A stretch of 64,000 nt of DNA from an uncultured Pirellulales bacterium (GCA_964635075.1 CAZWMN010000009.1:7269-71268), one strand, 5' to 3'. Shown: positions 10,310 to 19,987, counted from the first letter of the stretch. The notes: generated by a model from the sequence alone, not told the origin. A program made the numbers and translations.

Positions 10310-11022
10310 TTTCTGTGGGATTAAAGCTCATCATTTGCCTGGGGTTGGTTTTTTGTCGGGATGTCGCCCTGACCGAACCGAACCAAACGACCGACAGCAT
10401 CGCCCGCGAATCTGAAACGCTTCGTCGGCAGGTAGAGCTGCAACGGATTTCGGCAATGGATTCCAATCAATCGACCCAAACGGACGTTCTCCGACAAATC
10501 GTCGGCCAGCTTCAATCCCTGCAATGGCCAGCGGGCCGTACTGTTTCTGCCGGGCCCAAAACCGCGGAGGAACCGCAGGAAGAAAAAATACAGGCTGCAA
10601 AGATGATACAAGCGTCTGCGGCGGCTGCGCCACTGATTTGGGCGAAGAACAAAGGGTCCGGTACGCCGCCAATTTGCAGTCTGGACGAAGTAAAGAACCC
10701 GGTTAACGTATTAGCTGCGGCGGACGCCCTGTATCGGGCGAAGAATTATGTTCAGGCAACGAGGTTTTATGAAATGGCGGCGGAATCGAAGCGGGAAAGC
10801 GACCCTCTGGGCCGCCAGTGGGCGATGTATCAGGCGGCCAATTGTCTGCGACAGCGGGACCTCGACAAAGCAGTCGAAAGGTATAACCGGTTGATTGCCG
10901 AATATCCCAATTCGCCGTGGGCGTCGGCGGCGCTGGCGCAGCGGAAGAATCTGGACTGGCTTAAACAAAATCAACCTATACTCTCAAAAAGCACAACTAA
11001 CAATGACCCCAATCAACGATGA
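10306..11022 (+). CDS. secreted TPR/YbgF-like protein
   Basis: Signal-like N-terminus and a C-terminal TPR pair (ALYRAKNYVQATRFYE..., AVERYNRLIAEYPNSPWA). Confidence 0.55.
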   Translation: MISVGLKLIICLGLVFCRDVALTEPNQTTDSIARESETLRRQVELQRISAMDSNQSTQTDVLRQIVGQLQSLQWPAGRTVSAGPKTAEEPQEEKIQAAKMIQASAAAAPLIWAKNKGSGTPPICSLDEVKNPVNVLAAADALYRAKNYVQATRFYEMAAESKRESDPLGRQWAMYQAANCLRQRDLDKAVERYNRLIAEYPNSPWASAALAQRKNLDWLKQNQPILSKSTTNNDPNQR

Positions 11023-12427
11023 ACTTACTTTCTATCACGCGCTGATTCTTGAGCCGGATTCGCGACAGGCAGCGGGGCTGCTGGAAGCGCTTGCGCGGCG
11101 AGGCATACGCGGGACCGTCGCAGTCAACGACGGTCAGGCCGACAGTCTGCTGGGGCGGTTCAGCTGGAAGCTGATTTTCGTCAGCGAGGATTTTTTGAGG
11201 ATATTCGAGCGCTGCGCGGACACGACGCTGACATACCTGCGCGTCAATATGCCCGAAATTCCGGTGGTTCTGATCGGAGCAGAGGATTCGTCGCGCAAGG
11301 CATTGCAGTCGGTTCGAGAGGGGTTTGCCGAGTATCTGGTTCGGCCGGTAGAGCAGGACAAAGCGGCGGCGGTCCTCGATCGATTTGTACCCAATCATCC
11401 CATGTCAGTGCTGGAGCAGGTCTGTGCGGCCAGCGGGCCGGGTCATCAGTGGATTATTGGCGCCAGCAGCGTACTGCGGCAGGCGCTTGAACTGGCGAAA
11501 AAAGCGGCTCCCACCTCTGTACCGGTGCTGATTGAAGGCGAAAGCGGTACGGGTAAGGAACTGCTGGCCCAATTGCTGCACGAAAGAAGTCGGCGCTGCG
11601 ACGGGCCGTTTGTCAAGGTCAATTGCGCGGCGTTGAATGAGTCGCTTCTGGAAAGCGAACTGTTCGGGCATGAAAAAGGGGCCTTTACCGGAGCGTTGTT
11701 TTGCCGCAAGGGCCGGTTTGAGCTGGCTCACGGCGGGACGCTGCTGCTGGACGAGATTGCCGAGACGCCGGCGGCCTTTCAGGCCAAACTGCTGCGGGTC
11801 GTTGAGCAAATGAGCTTTGAGCGGGTCGGCGGAGACGATCCGGTACGGGTTAATGTTCGCATTCTCAGTACGACCAATCGGTCGATTGGCGAATGGGTGG
11901 AGCGGGGGCAGTTTCGGGCGGATTTGTATTATCGTCTGAGCACAATTCGGCTTCGGATACCGCCGCTGCGGGAGCGAAGGGAAGACATTCGGCAGTTGAT
12001 TTGGCTGTTTGTCAATGAATTCGCCTGTGAGACGGCTCGGAAAATTGCCGCGATAGACCGGCGAACGCTGGAATTGTGGGAGCGATATGACTGGCCCGGC
12101 AATATCCGGCAGCTTCGTAATATGGTTCGCTCGGCAATGATTCTCGGCAGCGGTCCCATCCTGAACGTTGAGCAGATACCGTGGCTGATGGAAGAGCTGC
12201 ACGAGGGGCTGACCGTCGGCGAAGGCGCCCGGGCGAAGTTTGAGCGGCTGGCCGGCACTTCGCTGGAGGAATTGGAGCGGATGGCGATTCTGGCGACGCT
12301 GCAGCGGGAAAATGGAAATCAGGCGCAGGCGGCGCGAATACTGGGTATCAGCGACCGGACGCTGCGTGAAAAAATAAAACGATATCATCGGCCTGACTTA
12401 CGGCAACCCGTTATGCAGGTCGGATAA
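11003..12427 (+). CDS. sigma-54-dependent transcriptional activator, FleQ/FlrA-like
   Basis: AAA+ Walker A GESGTGKE, the GAFTGA motif (HEKGAFTGA) and a C-terminal Fis-type HTH (AARILGISDRTLREKIKR). The N-terminal receiver-like fold lacks a clear phospho-acceptor Asp. It lies directly upstream of fliL. Confidence 0.85.
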   Translation: MTPINDELTFYHALILEPDSRQAAGLLEALARRGIRGTVAVNDGQADSLLGRFSWKLIFVSEDFLRIFERCADTTLTYLRVNMPEIPVVLIGAEDSSRKALQSVREGFAEYLVRPVEQDKAAAVLDRFVPNHPMSVLEQVCAASGPGHQWIIGASSVLRQALELAKKAAPTSVPVLIEGESGTGKELLAQLLHERSRRCDGPFVKVNCAALNESLLESELFGHEKGAFTGALFCRKGRFELAHGGTLLLDEIAETPAAFQAKLLRVVEQMSFERVGGDDPVRVNVRILSTTNRSIGEWVERGQFRADLYYRLSTIRLRIPPLRERREDIRQLIWLFVNEFACETARKIAAIDRRTLELWERYDWPGNIRQLRNMVRSAMILGSGPILNVEQIPWLMEELHEGLTVGEGARAKFERLAGTSLEELERMAILATLQRENGNQAQAARILGISDRTLREKIKRYHRPDLRQPVMQVG

Positions 12428-12440
12428 CAGGAGAAGCGAT

Positions 12441-13100
12441 ATGGCAGACGAAACAAAACAGGAAAAGAAACAGGAAAAGAAAGCGGAAGCTCAATCGGAG
12501 GCAAAGCCGGAGGCTCAAAAGCCAGCACCGGCGAAAGGGAAAGGTCTGTTTGTGTGGCTGATTCCTGGAGTGGTGATTCTTGCCGGGGCGACGGGCGGAT
12601 TCGCTCTTTCCCAATTGATGGGCGGGACTTCCAAATCCTCCGCCGGCCATTCGGCGCCGACCCAACAGTCGGCTCCTTCGGGTCATTCCGCTGGCTCCGG
12701 ACACGGCGAATCAAGCGAGAAAGCCGTCCCGCAGACGGAAGTAGTGGATCCGGTGACAGGTGAAACTGTTCAAAAGTCGTGGGTGTACGATAAGCTGGAT
12801 ACCATCATCGCCAATCTGGATGAACCGGGGGTGGCCCGATATATCCGCATCACGGTGATTCTTGAGCTGAACCCCCAGTTGGATCCGGTCAAAGGACAGG
12901 TGTTTCTCGACGGGAAAAAAGCACAGTTGCAGGACTGGCTGACAACGTATCTGGCCGGACTGAATCTGGAAAATGTCCGCGGTTCCCGCAACCTCAACCG
13001 CATCAAAATGGAGATGCAGGAACAGTTCAATCAACTGCTGTTCGGGCAGGATAAGGCGTATGTAACGAAAGTGTTGTTCAAGGAGTTCGCGGTACAATGA
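12441..13100 (+). CDS. fliL: flagellar basal-body-associated protein FliL
   Basis: Lys/Glu-rich head, a single TM segment and a FliL-type C-terminal domain ending VLFKEFAVQ. Position upstream of fliM. Confidence 0.75.
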   Translation: MADETKQEKKQEKKAEAQSEAKPEAQKPAPAKGKGLFVWLIPGVVILAGATGGFALSQLMGGTSKSSAGHSAPTQQSAPSGHSAGSGHGESSEKAVPQTEVVDPVTGETVQKSWVYDKLDTIIANLDEPGVARYIRITVILELNPQLDPVKGQVFLDGKKAQLQDWLTTYLAGLNLENVRGSRNLNRIKMEMQEQFNQLLFGQDKAYVTKVLFKEFAVQ

Positions 13101-14071
13101 GCCAACAGGCCGTACAGGACAGAACGATTTCCCGACAACGACTGATGCAGATACTGCGTCGTCGTCAACCTGAGACTTCCGCCCAGGCGACTGCGGCGTC
13201 CAGCGCGCCGCTGTTTGACTGGACGTGTCCGCATCATTTTGATCCGCAGGAATGGTCACAGATGCAAAATCTGGGCAAAAGGATTGCCGCTGCCATCGAA
13301 AACACTCTGGGTCCGATGTGCTTGGAGGAGCCGAAGGTAACGATGAAGAAAGCGATGCAGGACTTTGCGTATGTGCTGGCCGAACAGACGATTCGTCAGG
13401 AAAAGCCGCAGTATTTTCTGCCGTTCTCAGCACAGGATAAGCGAGCTGAAGGATTCCTCGGTATTCAGCTGGAGGCGGCCAAGATACTGATTACCCAGTT
13501 GTTGCGGGATTCGGAAGCGTCGGTGGGGCAAAGCGGACCGCTTTCGACGCTCGAAGAATTTATTCTGCAGGATGCGGCGACAGGGATTACGGAGGCCATT
13601 CTCGCAGTTTTCCAGGGATACGGCCAGGTGATGTTGAAACAGGCCGATTCGACTATTCGGGGGGACTGGCCGCTGGAGGCCAGACAACTGCAGGATTTGT
13701 GCGGATTCACGTTTACGGTGACATTTCCCAAACAGACGATTGAACTTACGATGTTAGTTGTGGGAGAGGTGTTTGATGCGGTGTTGGGAACCGAGAGGCA
13801 TACCCGCCAAAAACCTCTCAACCCGGCGGAGTTGAGCAGGAAAATTCTTCGGCAGCTTTACGATGCGCCGGTGGAAGTTGCCGTACGGCTGTGTCATTCT
13901 TCGGTTCGAATGGAAGATTTAATGTCCCTGGAGACAGGAGACGTGTTGATACTGGGTAAAAAGACGACGGAGCCGATGGAAACACTCTTAAACGGTCGTT
14001 TTTGTTTTCACGCCTGGCCGGTGATGTGCGAGGGGAAATTGTCGTTGGCGGTATCCCAAATCAGAAAATAG
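13097..14071 (+). CDS. fliM: flagellar motor switch protein FliM
   Basis: Size is typical for FliM (324 aa). It has a C-terminal SpoA-like segment (LETGDVLILGKKTTEPMETLLNGR) and lies between fliL and fliN with overlapping stop/start. Confidence 0.7.
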   Translation: MSQQAVQDRTISRQRLMQILRRRQPETSAQATAASSAPLFDWTCPHHFDPQEWSQMQNLGKRIAAAIENTLGPMCLEEPKVTMKKAMQDFAYVLAEQTIRQEKPQYFLPFSAQDKRAEGFLGIQLEAAKILITQLLRDSEASVGQSGPLSTLEEFILQDAATGITEAILAVFQGYGQVMLKQADSTIRGDWPLEARQLQDLCGFTFTVTFPKQTIELTMLVVGEVFDAVLGTERHTRQKPLNPAELSRKILRQLYDAPVEVAVRLCHSSVRMEDLMSLETGDVLILGKKTTEPMETLLNGRFCFHAWPVMCEGKLSLAVSQIRK

Positions 14072-14086
14072 AAAAGGAAATCCGAT

Positions 14087-14527
14087 ATGGCAGAAACACA
14101 AACTGTTCAGAGTGAACCGCAGCAGGCGACAGGAGCGGAAACACCGCCGGCAGCCGGAACGGAAACACCGCCGGCAGCCGGAACGGAAACACCGCAGACA
14201 ACAGGTACGGAAGTGAAGCAGATGGAACTGGAGCAGGTCGCGCCGACCCAGCCGTCGGGACAGGAAAACCTGGATTTGCTGCTGGACATTCAAATGCCGA
14301 TTACAGTGACGCTCGGCAAAGCGCAGATTCCGCTCAAAAAACTTCTGCAATTAGCCCCCGGTGCGGTGCTGAACTTAGATAAAAGCGTGGGTCAGCCGGC
14401 GGAATTGTTTGTCCAGGATATTCCGTTTGCCACAGCGGACGTAGTTGTGGTCGATAACAATTTCGCGGTGCGGATTCGGGAGCTGCTCGGCACAGAGGAA
14501 TCCAAGACGCCCGCCCCGACAAAATAA
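14087..14527 (+). CDS. fliN: flagellar motor switch protein FliN
   Basis: C-terminal SpoA domain (MPITVTLGKAQIPLKKLLQLAPGAVLNLDK...FAVRIRELL). Confidence 0.85.
   Translation: MAETQTVQSEPQQATGAETPPAAGTETPPAAGTETPQTTGTEVKQMELEQVAPTQPSGQENLDLLLDIQMPITVTLGKAQIPLKKLLQLAPGAVLNLDKSVGQPAELFVQDIPFATADVVVVDNNFAVRIRELLGTEESKTPAPTK
14137..14208 (+). repeat. 24-bp in-frame tandem repeat inside fliN (ETPPAAGT x2 plus a diverged copy)
   Basis: ggaaacaccgccggcagccggaac occurs twice in tandem, then a diverged third unit. Confidence 0.85.
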
Positions 14528-14548
14528 CGCTGATGCGCGGATAAAATA

Positions 14549-16666
14549 ATGCCGGAAACGCTCAAGACAAAATCAACTTTAAATGGCATAGTCTCAAAAC
14601 TTGCCATCAACAGCAACTTTGTGTTCGCGGCGATGCTGGTGGCGATTCTGACCACGCTGCTGATTCCGCTGCCGACGCCGATTCTGGACATTGGGCTGGC
14701 GTGCAGTATTTCGCTGGCGGTCGCCGTGCTGATTATCGTGCTTTCAACCGGGGAACCGCTGGAACTTTCGACGTTTCCTTCATTGCTGCTGATTACGACG
14801 CTGTTTCGTCTGGCGCTCAACGTCGCCTCGACGCGGCTGATTCTGCTGCACGGCTACGCGGGAACGATTATTAACACGTTCGGCAACTTTGTCGCCGGCG
14901 GAAATCTCATCGTCGGGCTGGTGATGTTTTTGATTCTGGTGGTGATTCAGTTTATCGTCGTCACCAAAGGCGCCGGGCGCATCAGTGAAGTCAGCGCACG
15001 GTTTGTGCTGGATGCGATGCCCGGAAAGCAGATGGCCATTGACGCCGACCTGAACGCCGGCGTTATCACCGACAAGGAAGCCAAGGCCCGCCGCGACGTG
15101 ATTGTCAAGGAAAGCGAATTTTACGGTGCGATGGACGGCGCCAGCAAATTCATTTCCGGCGACGCCAAGGCAGGGCTGATTATCACCGCGGTCAATCTGG
15201 TCGGCGGCATTCTGCTGGGCTGGTCGCGTGGAATGGATATCGCCTCGGCGATGCGACAGTACTCAGTCTTGTCCATCGGCGACGGCTTAGTCAGTCAGAT
15301 TCCCTCGATTATCGTCGCCGTCAGCAGCGGCTTTCTGGTCAGCAAGATTCGTTCCGAAAACACCATCAGTTTTGATATGACCCGCCAGATGATTCGGCAT
15401 GCCCAGCCGATGATGATTATCGCGGTGGTGATTGGGGCCTTTGCACTGGTGCCGGGGTTTCCAAAAACACCGTTTTTGGGTATTGCCGCAATCTGCGGCG
15501 GTCTGGCTTATGTGTTGCGGCTGGAGGGGAAAAAGGAGTCTCGCACGCCGGCGGAAGCTGCGGCGGAAACGACCGCTCAGGAGATGGTACGGCCGGAGGA
15601 AATGCTGCACGCCGATATCCTGTCGATTCTGGTGGGAGTGCGGCTGATTCCGATGGTGGATCCGAAGCGCAAAAGCGGGGTTTTTGAGCGGATTGGAGCC
15701 CTGCGGAAGAAAATCGCACAAAAATATGGTTTTATTATGCCGCTGGTTCACCTGCGTGACAATCTGAATCTGGAACCCACGGCATACGAGATTCGGCTGT
15801 ATGACCATATTATTGCGTCGGGCCGGATTGAGCCGGACAAGTTTCTGGCGATGGACGCCGGCGCCGTGCAGAAACCGGTCAAGGGAATTGCGACCAAAGA
15901 ACCGGTGTATGGGCTTTCGGCGTTGTGGATTAACGAATCGGACAAGGAAGCCGCCGAACTCAACGGCTATACGGTCATTGATCCGGAGTCGGTGCTGATT
16001 ACGCATTTGTCCGAGACGATCGCCCGCCACGCCCACGAACTGCTGACGCGGGAGGATGTACAGCAGCTTTTGGAACGGCTGCGTAAAAATCAGCCGTCGC
16101 TGGTGGGCGAAGTGGTGCCGGAGATGATTTCGGTCGGATTACTGCAGCGAGTATTGCAGAATCTGCTGAAGGAAAACGTTCCCGTTCGCGATTTGCCGCT
16201 GATTCTCGAATCGCTGGGCGAACACGGCGGCAAGACCAAAAGCGCCGTTCTGCTTACAGAATTCGTCCGCAAGGCGGTTTGCCGAAGTATTACCGAACAG
16301 TTTTCCAGCGTAAAAGGCATCGAAGTGATTACGCTCGATGCGGCGCTGGAGCATTTTCTGGTGAACCGTGTCAGCCAGACGCCGGATTCCATTTCGCTTT
16401 CCGTCGGGCCGGACATGGCGAATCAACTGGTCCAAATGATTGCTCAGGCCTGGAAAACGGCAATGGAGAAGGGACTTGACGGGGTCGTGGTGCTGTGCGA
16501 CGCCCGTATTCGTCCGGGCTTATATAACCTGCTGAGTCGCTCCGTCCGGCGCCTGCCTGTTCTGGCTTATGACGAGATTGTTCCCGGGACCATTCTGGAC
16601 GTGATTGAAACCGTTTCCGTTGCGGTCAGTGAAATTGAAGCCGGTACGGCTCTGGTGACGGTGTAA
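14549..16666 (+). CDS. flhA: flagellar type III export apparatus protein FlhA
   Basis: 705 aa with an FHIPEP signature region (GAGRISEVSARFVLDAMPGKQMAIDADLNAG), N-terminal TM bundle and a cytoplasmic C-domain. Confidence 0.95.
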   Translation: MPETLKTKSTLNGIVSKLAINSNFVFAAMLVAILTTLLIPLPTPILDIGLACSISLAVAVLIIVLSTGEPLELSTFPSLLLITTLFRLALNVASTRLILLHGYAGTIINTFGNFVAGGNLIVGLVMFLILVVIQFIVVTKGAGRISEVSARFVLDAMPGKQMAIDADLNAGVITDKEAKARRDVIVKESEFYGAMDGASKFISGDAKAGLIITAVNLVGGILLGWSRGMDIASAMRQYSVLSIGDGLVSQIPSIIVAVSSGFLVSKIRSENTISFDMTRQMIRHAQPMMIIAVVIGAFALVPGFPKTPFLGIAAICGGLAYVLRLEGKKESRTPAEAAAETTAQEMVRPEEMLHADILSILVGVRLIPMVDPKRKSGVFERIGALRKKIAQKYGFIMPLVHLRDNLNLEPTAYEIRLYDHIIASGRIEPDKFLAMDAGAVQKPVKGIATKEPVYGLSALWINESDKEAAELNGYTVIDPESVLITHLSETIARHAHELLTREDVQQLLERLRKNQPSLVGEVVPEMISVGLLQRVLQNLLKENVPVRDLPLILESLGEHGGKTKSAVLLTEFVRKAVCRSITEQFSSVKGIEVITLDAALEHFLVNRVSQTPDSISLSVGPDMANQLVQMIAQAWKTAMEKGLDGVVVLCDARIRPGLYNLLSRSVRRLPVLAYDEIVPGTILDVIETVSVAVSEIEAGTALVTV

Positions 16667-16686
16667 GCGGCGGAGAATAAAACCGT

Positions 16687-16923
16687 ATGGACAGAACGCT
16701 CCAACATATCGCTCGACGATGCGCCATTGCCGTGTTTTTTCTGATGGCGCTGACAGGGTGGCTTTGCGGTCAGGAACCTGCGGTCTGCGCCTGGCGCGGA
16801 ATATTAGGCGCCGCGGCGATGTATCTTGTCGTCCGTACGGCTGCGGCAATTACAATTCACGTATTGATTGACGCGATGGCGCAAAGCGAAGCGCGAAAAA
16901 CTCAACTGAAGGATAAGTCGTAG
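16687..16923 (+). CDS. small two-TM membrane protein, unknown function
   Basis: 78-aa ORF with two hydrophobic helices. Its stop overlaps the GTG start of fliA (taGTG), suggesting translational coupling. Confidence 0.4.
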   Translation: MDRTLQHIARRCAIAVFFLMALTGWLCGQEPAVCAWRGILGAAAMYLVVRTAAAITIHVLIDAMAQSEARKTQLKDKS

Positions 16924-17762
16924 TGGAACCGCTGACGAAACAGCCCAAGACGCTGGTTGAACAGACAGATACGCAGACGGCGGCGCCTGCGGCGATGGCG
17001 GCGGAATTTCTGGAGCCACAGCCTTCCGTTGGACAGGCGGTTCGCGCTTATACCGATCATACCCGCAAGCAGCGGGAAGACGAAATGATTGTCCGGTATC
17101 TTCCGCTGGTCCATAAAATCGTCAGCAAAGTCGTTACGTATCTTCGACCGCCGCTGTCGCGGGAAGACCTGGTTTCAGCCGGGACGATTGGCCTGGTCAA
17201 GGCGGCGAGGGATTACGACTCGACGCGGGACGCGGAATTCAAAACCTACGCCTTTATTCGTGTCCGCGGCGCGGTGATTGACGAGTTGCGAAGCTGGTCG
17301 TTTGCGCCGCCTAACATCAAACGTCAGTTCGACCAGGCGCAGGAGATTTCCAGCCGAATGATGGAGCGGAACGGCCGGTTGCCGGCCGATGAGGAGCTGG
17401 CCGAACATCTGGGAATCAGCACTGAAAAGATGTACCGGATTTTTGAGACGGCCCGCGCCAGGCATTTTCTGTCCATTCACGGCGATACGGGAGAATCGCC
17501 GATGCTGGGCCAGATTCTGGCCTGCAGCAGTACGATGGAGCCGGATCAGCAGATAGAGCGAGAGGAATTACTGGAAGCGCTGACGCGTGCGATTCAACAG
17601 CTTCCGGAAAAACAGCGACGGATCATCGTGATGTATTACCAGAAGGAACTGACGATGAAACAGATTGCCGCGGTGCTGGAGATCACCGAGTCCCGCGTCA
17701 GTCAGCTTCACGCCACGGCGCTGTTTAAACTTTCGGTCCGCCTGGGCCAGGAGAATGAATAA
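16923..17762 (+). CDS. fliA: flagellar RNA polymerase sigma factor (sigma-28)
   Basis: Region 2 (YLPLVHKIV, DLVSAGTIGLVKAARDYD, FKTYAFIRVRGAVIDELR) and region 4 HTH (LTMKQIAAVLEITESRVSQLH). Follows flhA. Confidence 0.85.
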   Translation: MEPLTKQPKTLVEQTDTQTAAPAAMAAEFLEPQPSVGQAVRAYTDHTRKQREDEMIVRYLPLVHKIVSKVVTYLRPPLSREDLVSAGTIGLVKAARDYDSTRDAEFKTYAFIRVRGAVIDELRSWSFAPPNIKRQFDQAQEISSRMMERNGRLPADEELAEHLGISTEKMYRIFETARARHFLSIHGDTGESPMLGQILACSSTMEPDQQIEREELLEALTRAIQQLPEKQRRIIVMYYQKELTMKQIAAVLEITESRVSQLHATALFKLSVRLGQENE

Positions 17763-17786
17763 ACCGTCCAAAGGAAAGACCGAAAT

Positions 17787-17996
17787 ATGGTGGATGAGAA
17801 CAGTCCTAAAATTCAGCCGTCGCTGGAGCATGTTGAGCAACTCGTGGCGGTGGATCAGTCGCGGCAGGACGGTCACAAGCCTGCGCAGCGTCATTCGAAG
17901 CGGCCAAAACGTCGGGGCGAGATTGAACAGACGCTCGAAGAAGAACAACAACCCCATCATTCGCGGGACGACGGACATATTGATTATCGCGCATAG
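17787..17996 (+). CDS. hypothetical small charged protein
   Basis: 69-aa ORF directly downstream of fliA. No recognisable motif. Confidence 0.3.
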   Translation: MVDENSPKIQPSLEHVEQLVAVDQSRQDGHKPAQRHSKRPKRRGEIEQTLEEEQQPHHSRDDGHIDYRA

Positions 17997-18014
17997 AGTA
18001 TGCAGGAATGAAGT

Positions 18015-18263
18015 ATGATTCGAAAGCCTATTGAAATTGTAAAGAAGCATCGGGTTCGGGTCGGCGGAACCGTTCGCATCGGCGCCGGAGAAAAAAGCGT
18101 CCCTGTCAGGCCTTTGACTCCTTCCGGGACGGTTCCGCACGAGCCGATGCAGGCGCGGGTCGTGGAAAGCAACACGGATTACACGGTTATCGAAGTTGTC
18201 TGTTCCTGCGGCCAGAAAACCCATATTCAGTGCAATTACGCTGGCACGGCAAAATCACAATGA
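18015..18263 (+). CDS. hypothetical small protein
   Basis: 82-aa ORF in the same orientation within the flagellar block. It carries a C-x-C...C cluster and has no family call. Confidence 0.35.
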   Translation: MIRKPIEIVKKHRVRVGGTVRIGAGEKSVPVRPLTPSGTVPHEPMQARVVESNTDYTVIEVVCSCGQKTHIQCNYAGTAKSQ

Positions 18264-18291
18264 AAGGTGTTTTCAGACAGGAGATGCTGAA

Positions 18292-18828
18292 ATGAATAAA
18301 ATCAGTTTACTTTTACTGTTTCCGGTATTGGCAGGGTGTCATTGGGGCGGCGAACAGATTATCCCGGTTTCGACGGGAGCGCCAATGACGGTCGGACAGG
18401 ACGCCGTCAGTCTCGAGCGGCGATTTTCGGATTCGCAGAAAGTTGATCCGGTACAGACGATCGCGATGTGGGCTCAGCGTTATGAGGAACTGTCCAAACA
18501 GGCCGAGCAACTGCGGAAAGAAAATGTGCAATTACTTGAGCAGAACAACCGGATGCAACAGGACATTGGCAAGGTAAAACTGGAACTGGAGCAAAGCCGA
18601 AAAGAAATGGAACAGTCCAATAGTCTGCTGCAGGAAGCGCATGTGGAATTGAGCAAATGGAAGGCCGACGTGCTGGGTTTCCGAGAAGAAATACGTCAGG
18701 CTCAGGCGGCGCAACTGTCGGCGCTGAGTAAGATTCTGCGGCTTCTGGGCGCCGAATCGGTGGGGTCACAAAATGAACAACCCCCACCTCAGCCGCAATC
18801 TTCGCCGCAGCGGGAGGGCGGACAATGA
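18292..18828 (+). CDS. coiled-coil lipoprotein
   Basis: Start taken at MNKISLLLLFPVLAGC (lipobox LAGC). A long heptad-like region follows (LRKENVQLLEQNNRMQQDIGKVKLELEQSRKEMEQ). Confidence 0.55.
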   Translation: MNKISLLLLFPVLAGCHWGGEQIIPVSTGAPMTVGQDAVSLERRFSDSQKVDPVQTIAMWAQRYEELSKQAEQLRKENVQLLEQNNRMQQDIGKVKLELEQSRKEMEQSNSLLQEAHVELSKWKADVLGFREEIRQAQAAQLSALSKILRLLGAESVGSQNEQPPPQPQSSPQREGGQ

Positions 18829-19469
18829 GACTCGCAATTGGGCTTATGGGATTTCTCGGAGCCGTTCTGCTGATGGGCTGTTCCGTTCTGGAATCGGCGG
18901 TTCGTCCGGACGGGCATTTTTATCTGGACAAGACCGCGGATTTCGCTTCCGTGGGAAAGATTGCCGTTCTGGAACTGAAAAACGAGAGCATCTCCGCACC
19001 CGAACTGGGGAAAATCCTGACACAGACCCTGGCCGACAATCTGGGCAAGAAACATCTGTTCAGCATCCGAACGATCTATCGAACAGATCCGGAGTGGAAC
19101 GGGTTGAATCTGGATGAGGTTCAAACGTTTTCCGTGCCGAATATGGCCGAGATGCACAAGCAGTTGAAAGTCGATGCGATCCTTGTCGGAACGATTACCC
19201 GTTATCGTTCCTATCCTCAATTATTGACGGCATTGCGATTAAAACTGCTGGATTTACGCGACGGCAGATTGTTGTGGGCGGTGGAAGACGTCTGGGACAG
19301 TACCGATAAAAACACCGAGCTTCGCGTCAAGCGATTTTTCGATGCGCGAATGCGAACCGGCTATCAGCCAATGAACTGGCAATTTGTGATTAACAGTCCC
19401 GGTACGTTTCATAAGTTTGTGATGTATGAGGTTGTCAGCACGCTTCCGGAAAGCCGGATGAAGCGATGA
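18825..19469 (+). CDS. lipoprotein, possibly LpoB/FlgO/LPP20-like fold
   Basis: Lipobox LLMGC. The IAVLELKNES pattern resembles the lipoprotein family with a TolB-N-like fold. The start overlaps the previous ORF by 4 nt. Confidence 0.5.
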   Translation: MRLAIGLMGFLGAVLLMGCSVLESAVRPDGHFYLDKTADFASVGKIAVLELKNESISAPELGKILTQTLADNLGKKHLFSIRTIYRTDPEWNGLNLDEVQTFSVPNMAEMHKQLKVDAILVGTITRYRSYPQLLTALRLKLLDLRDGRLLWAVEDVWDSTDKNTELRVKRFFDARMRTGYQPMNWQFVINSPGTFHKFVMYEVVSTLPESRMKR

Positions 19470-19619
19470 AGAGTGCGTCCGAGAACAGATTTTCAGGTGT
19501 GATAACAAGGATTTTTCGGAAAAAAGAAAGTTTTCACTTTAGTGAACGAATCACACTGCGACAATGAAAGCGAAAAGTTTTTTTTAAGGCTGTGAAAAAT
19601 TCCAGGAAAGGCGAGGGGA

Positions 19620-19895
19620 ATGACATTCATAAATCCGAACATAGCTATTGTTGCCGGCGCAGCGGTCCGATCCGCAACGTCTGAGACCCGACAGAATCGG
19701 CGGAAAGGCGCCTCGGAGCAGACGGTTCAGCTCGGACGGGAGTATGTTGAAATTGTACAGCGGGCGCAGAAAGAAAATCCCGAAGATCGTCCGGAAATAA
19801 TTCAGTGGGTGAAAGAACTGCTTTTGAAGGGGCATTTTGATAGTCGTCAGGCCGCTCGCGAAGCAGCGCAGAAAATTGTAGAGTATGGAATATAA
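19620..19895 (+). CDS. possible anti-sigma-28 factor FlgM
   Basis: 91-aa ORF with a good SD (ggcgagggg). Its C-terminal helix pattern (RPEIIQWVKELLLKGHFDSRQAAREAAQKIV) resembles the FlgM C-terminus. It lies in the flagellar neighbourhood. Confidence 0.45.
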   Translation: MTFINPNIAIVAGAAVRSATSETRQNRRKGASEQTVQLGREYVEIVQRAQKENPEDRPEIIQWVKELLLKGHFDSRQAAREAAQKIVEYGI

Positions 19896-19959
19896 AGGCA
19901 ATTCCGGGTCAGGGACGGTCCGGTGACAGGAACAAGGGAGTGTGGGATATTCTTTCCCC

Positions 19960-19987
19960 GAGCCGCCGTGATTGCGGCTCTTTTTTT
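19960..19987 (+). terminator. intrinsic terminator after the FlgM-like ORF
   Basis: gagccgc-cgtgatt-gcggctc followed by ttttttt. Confidence 0.65.

Noticed and set aside
11405-12388. 327-aa ORF antisense to the FleQ-like activator gene
   Set aside because: It is a shadow ORF in GC-rich DNA, Arg/Pro/Gln-rich with no motif. The opposite strand carries an unambiguous AAA+/GAFTGA protein.
15287-16036. 249-aa ORF antisense to flhA
   Set aside because: Same reasoning. flhA on the plus strand is certain, and the antisense product is low-complexity.
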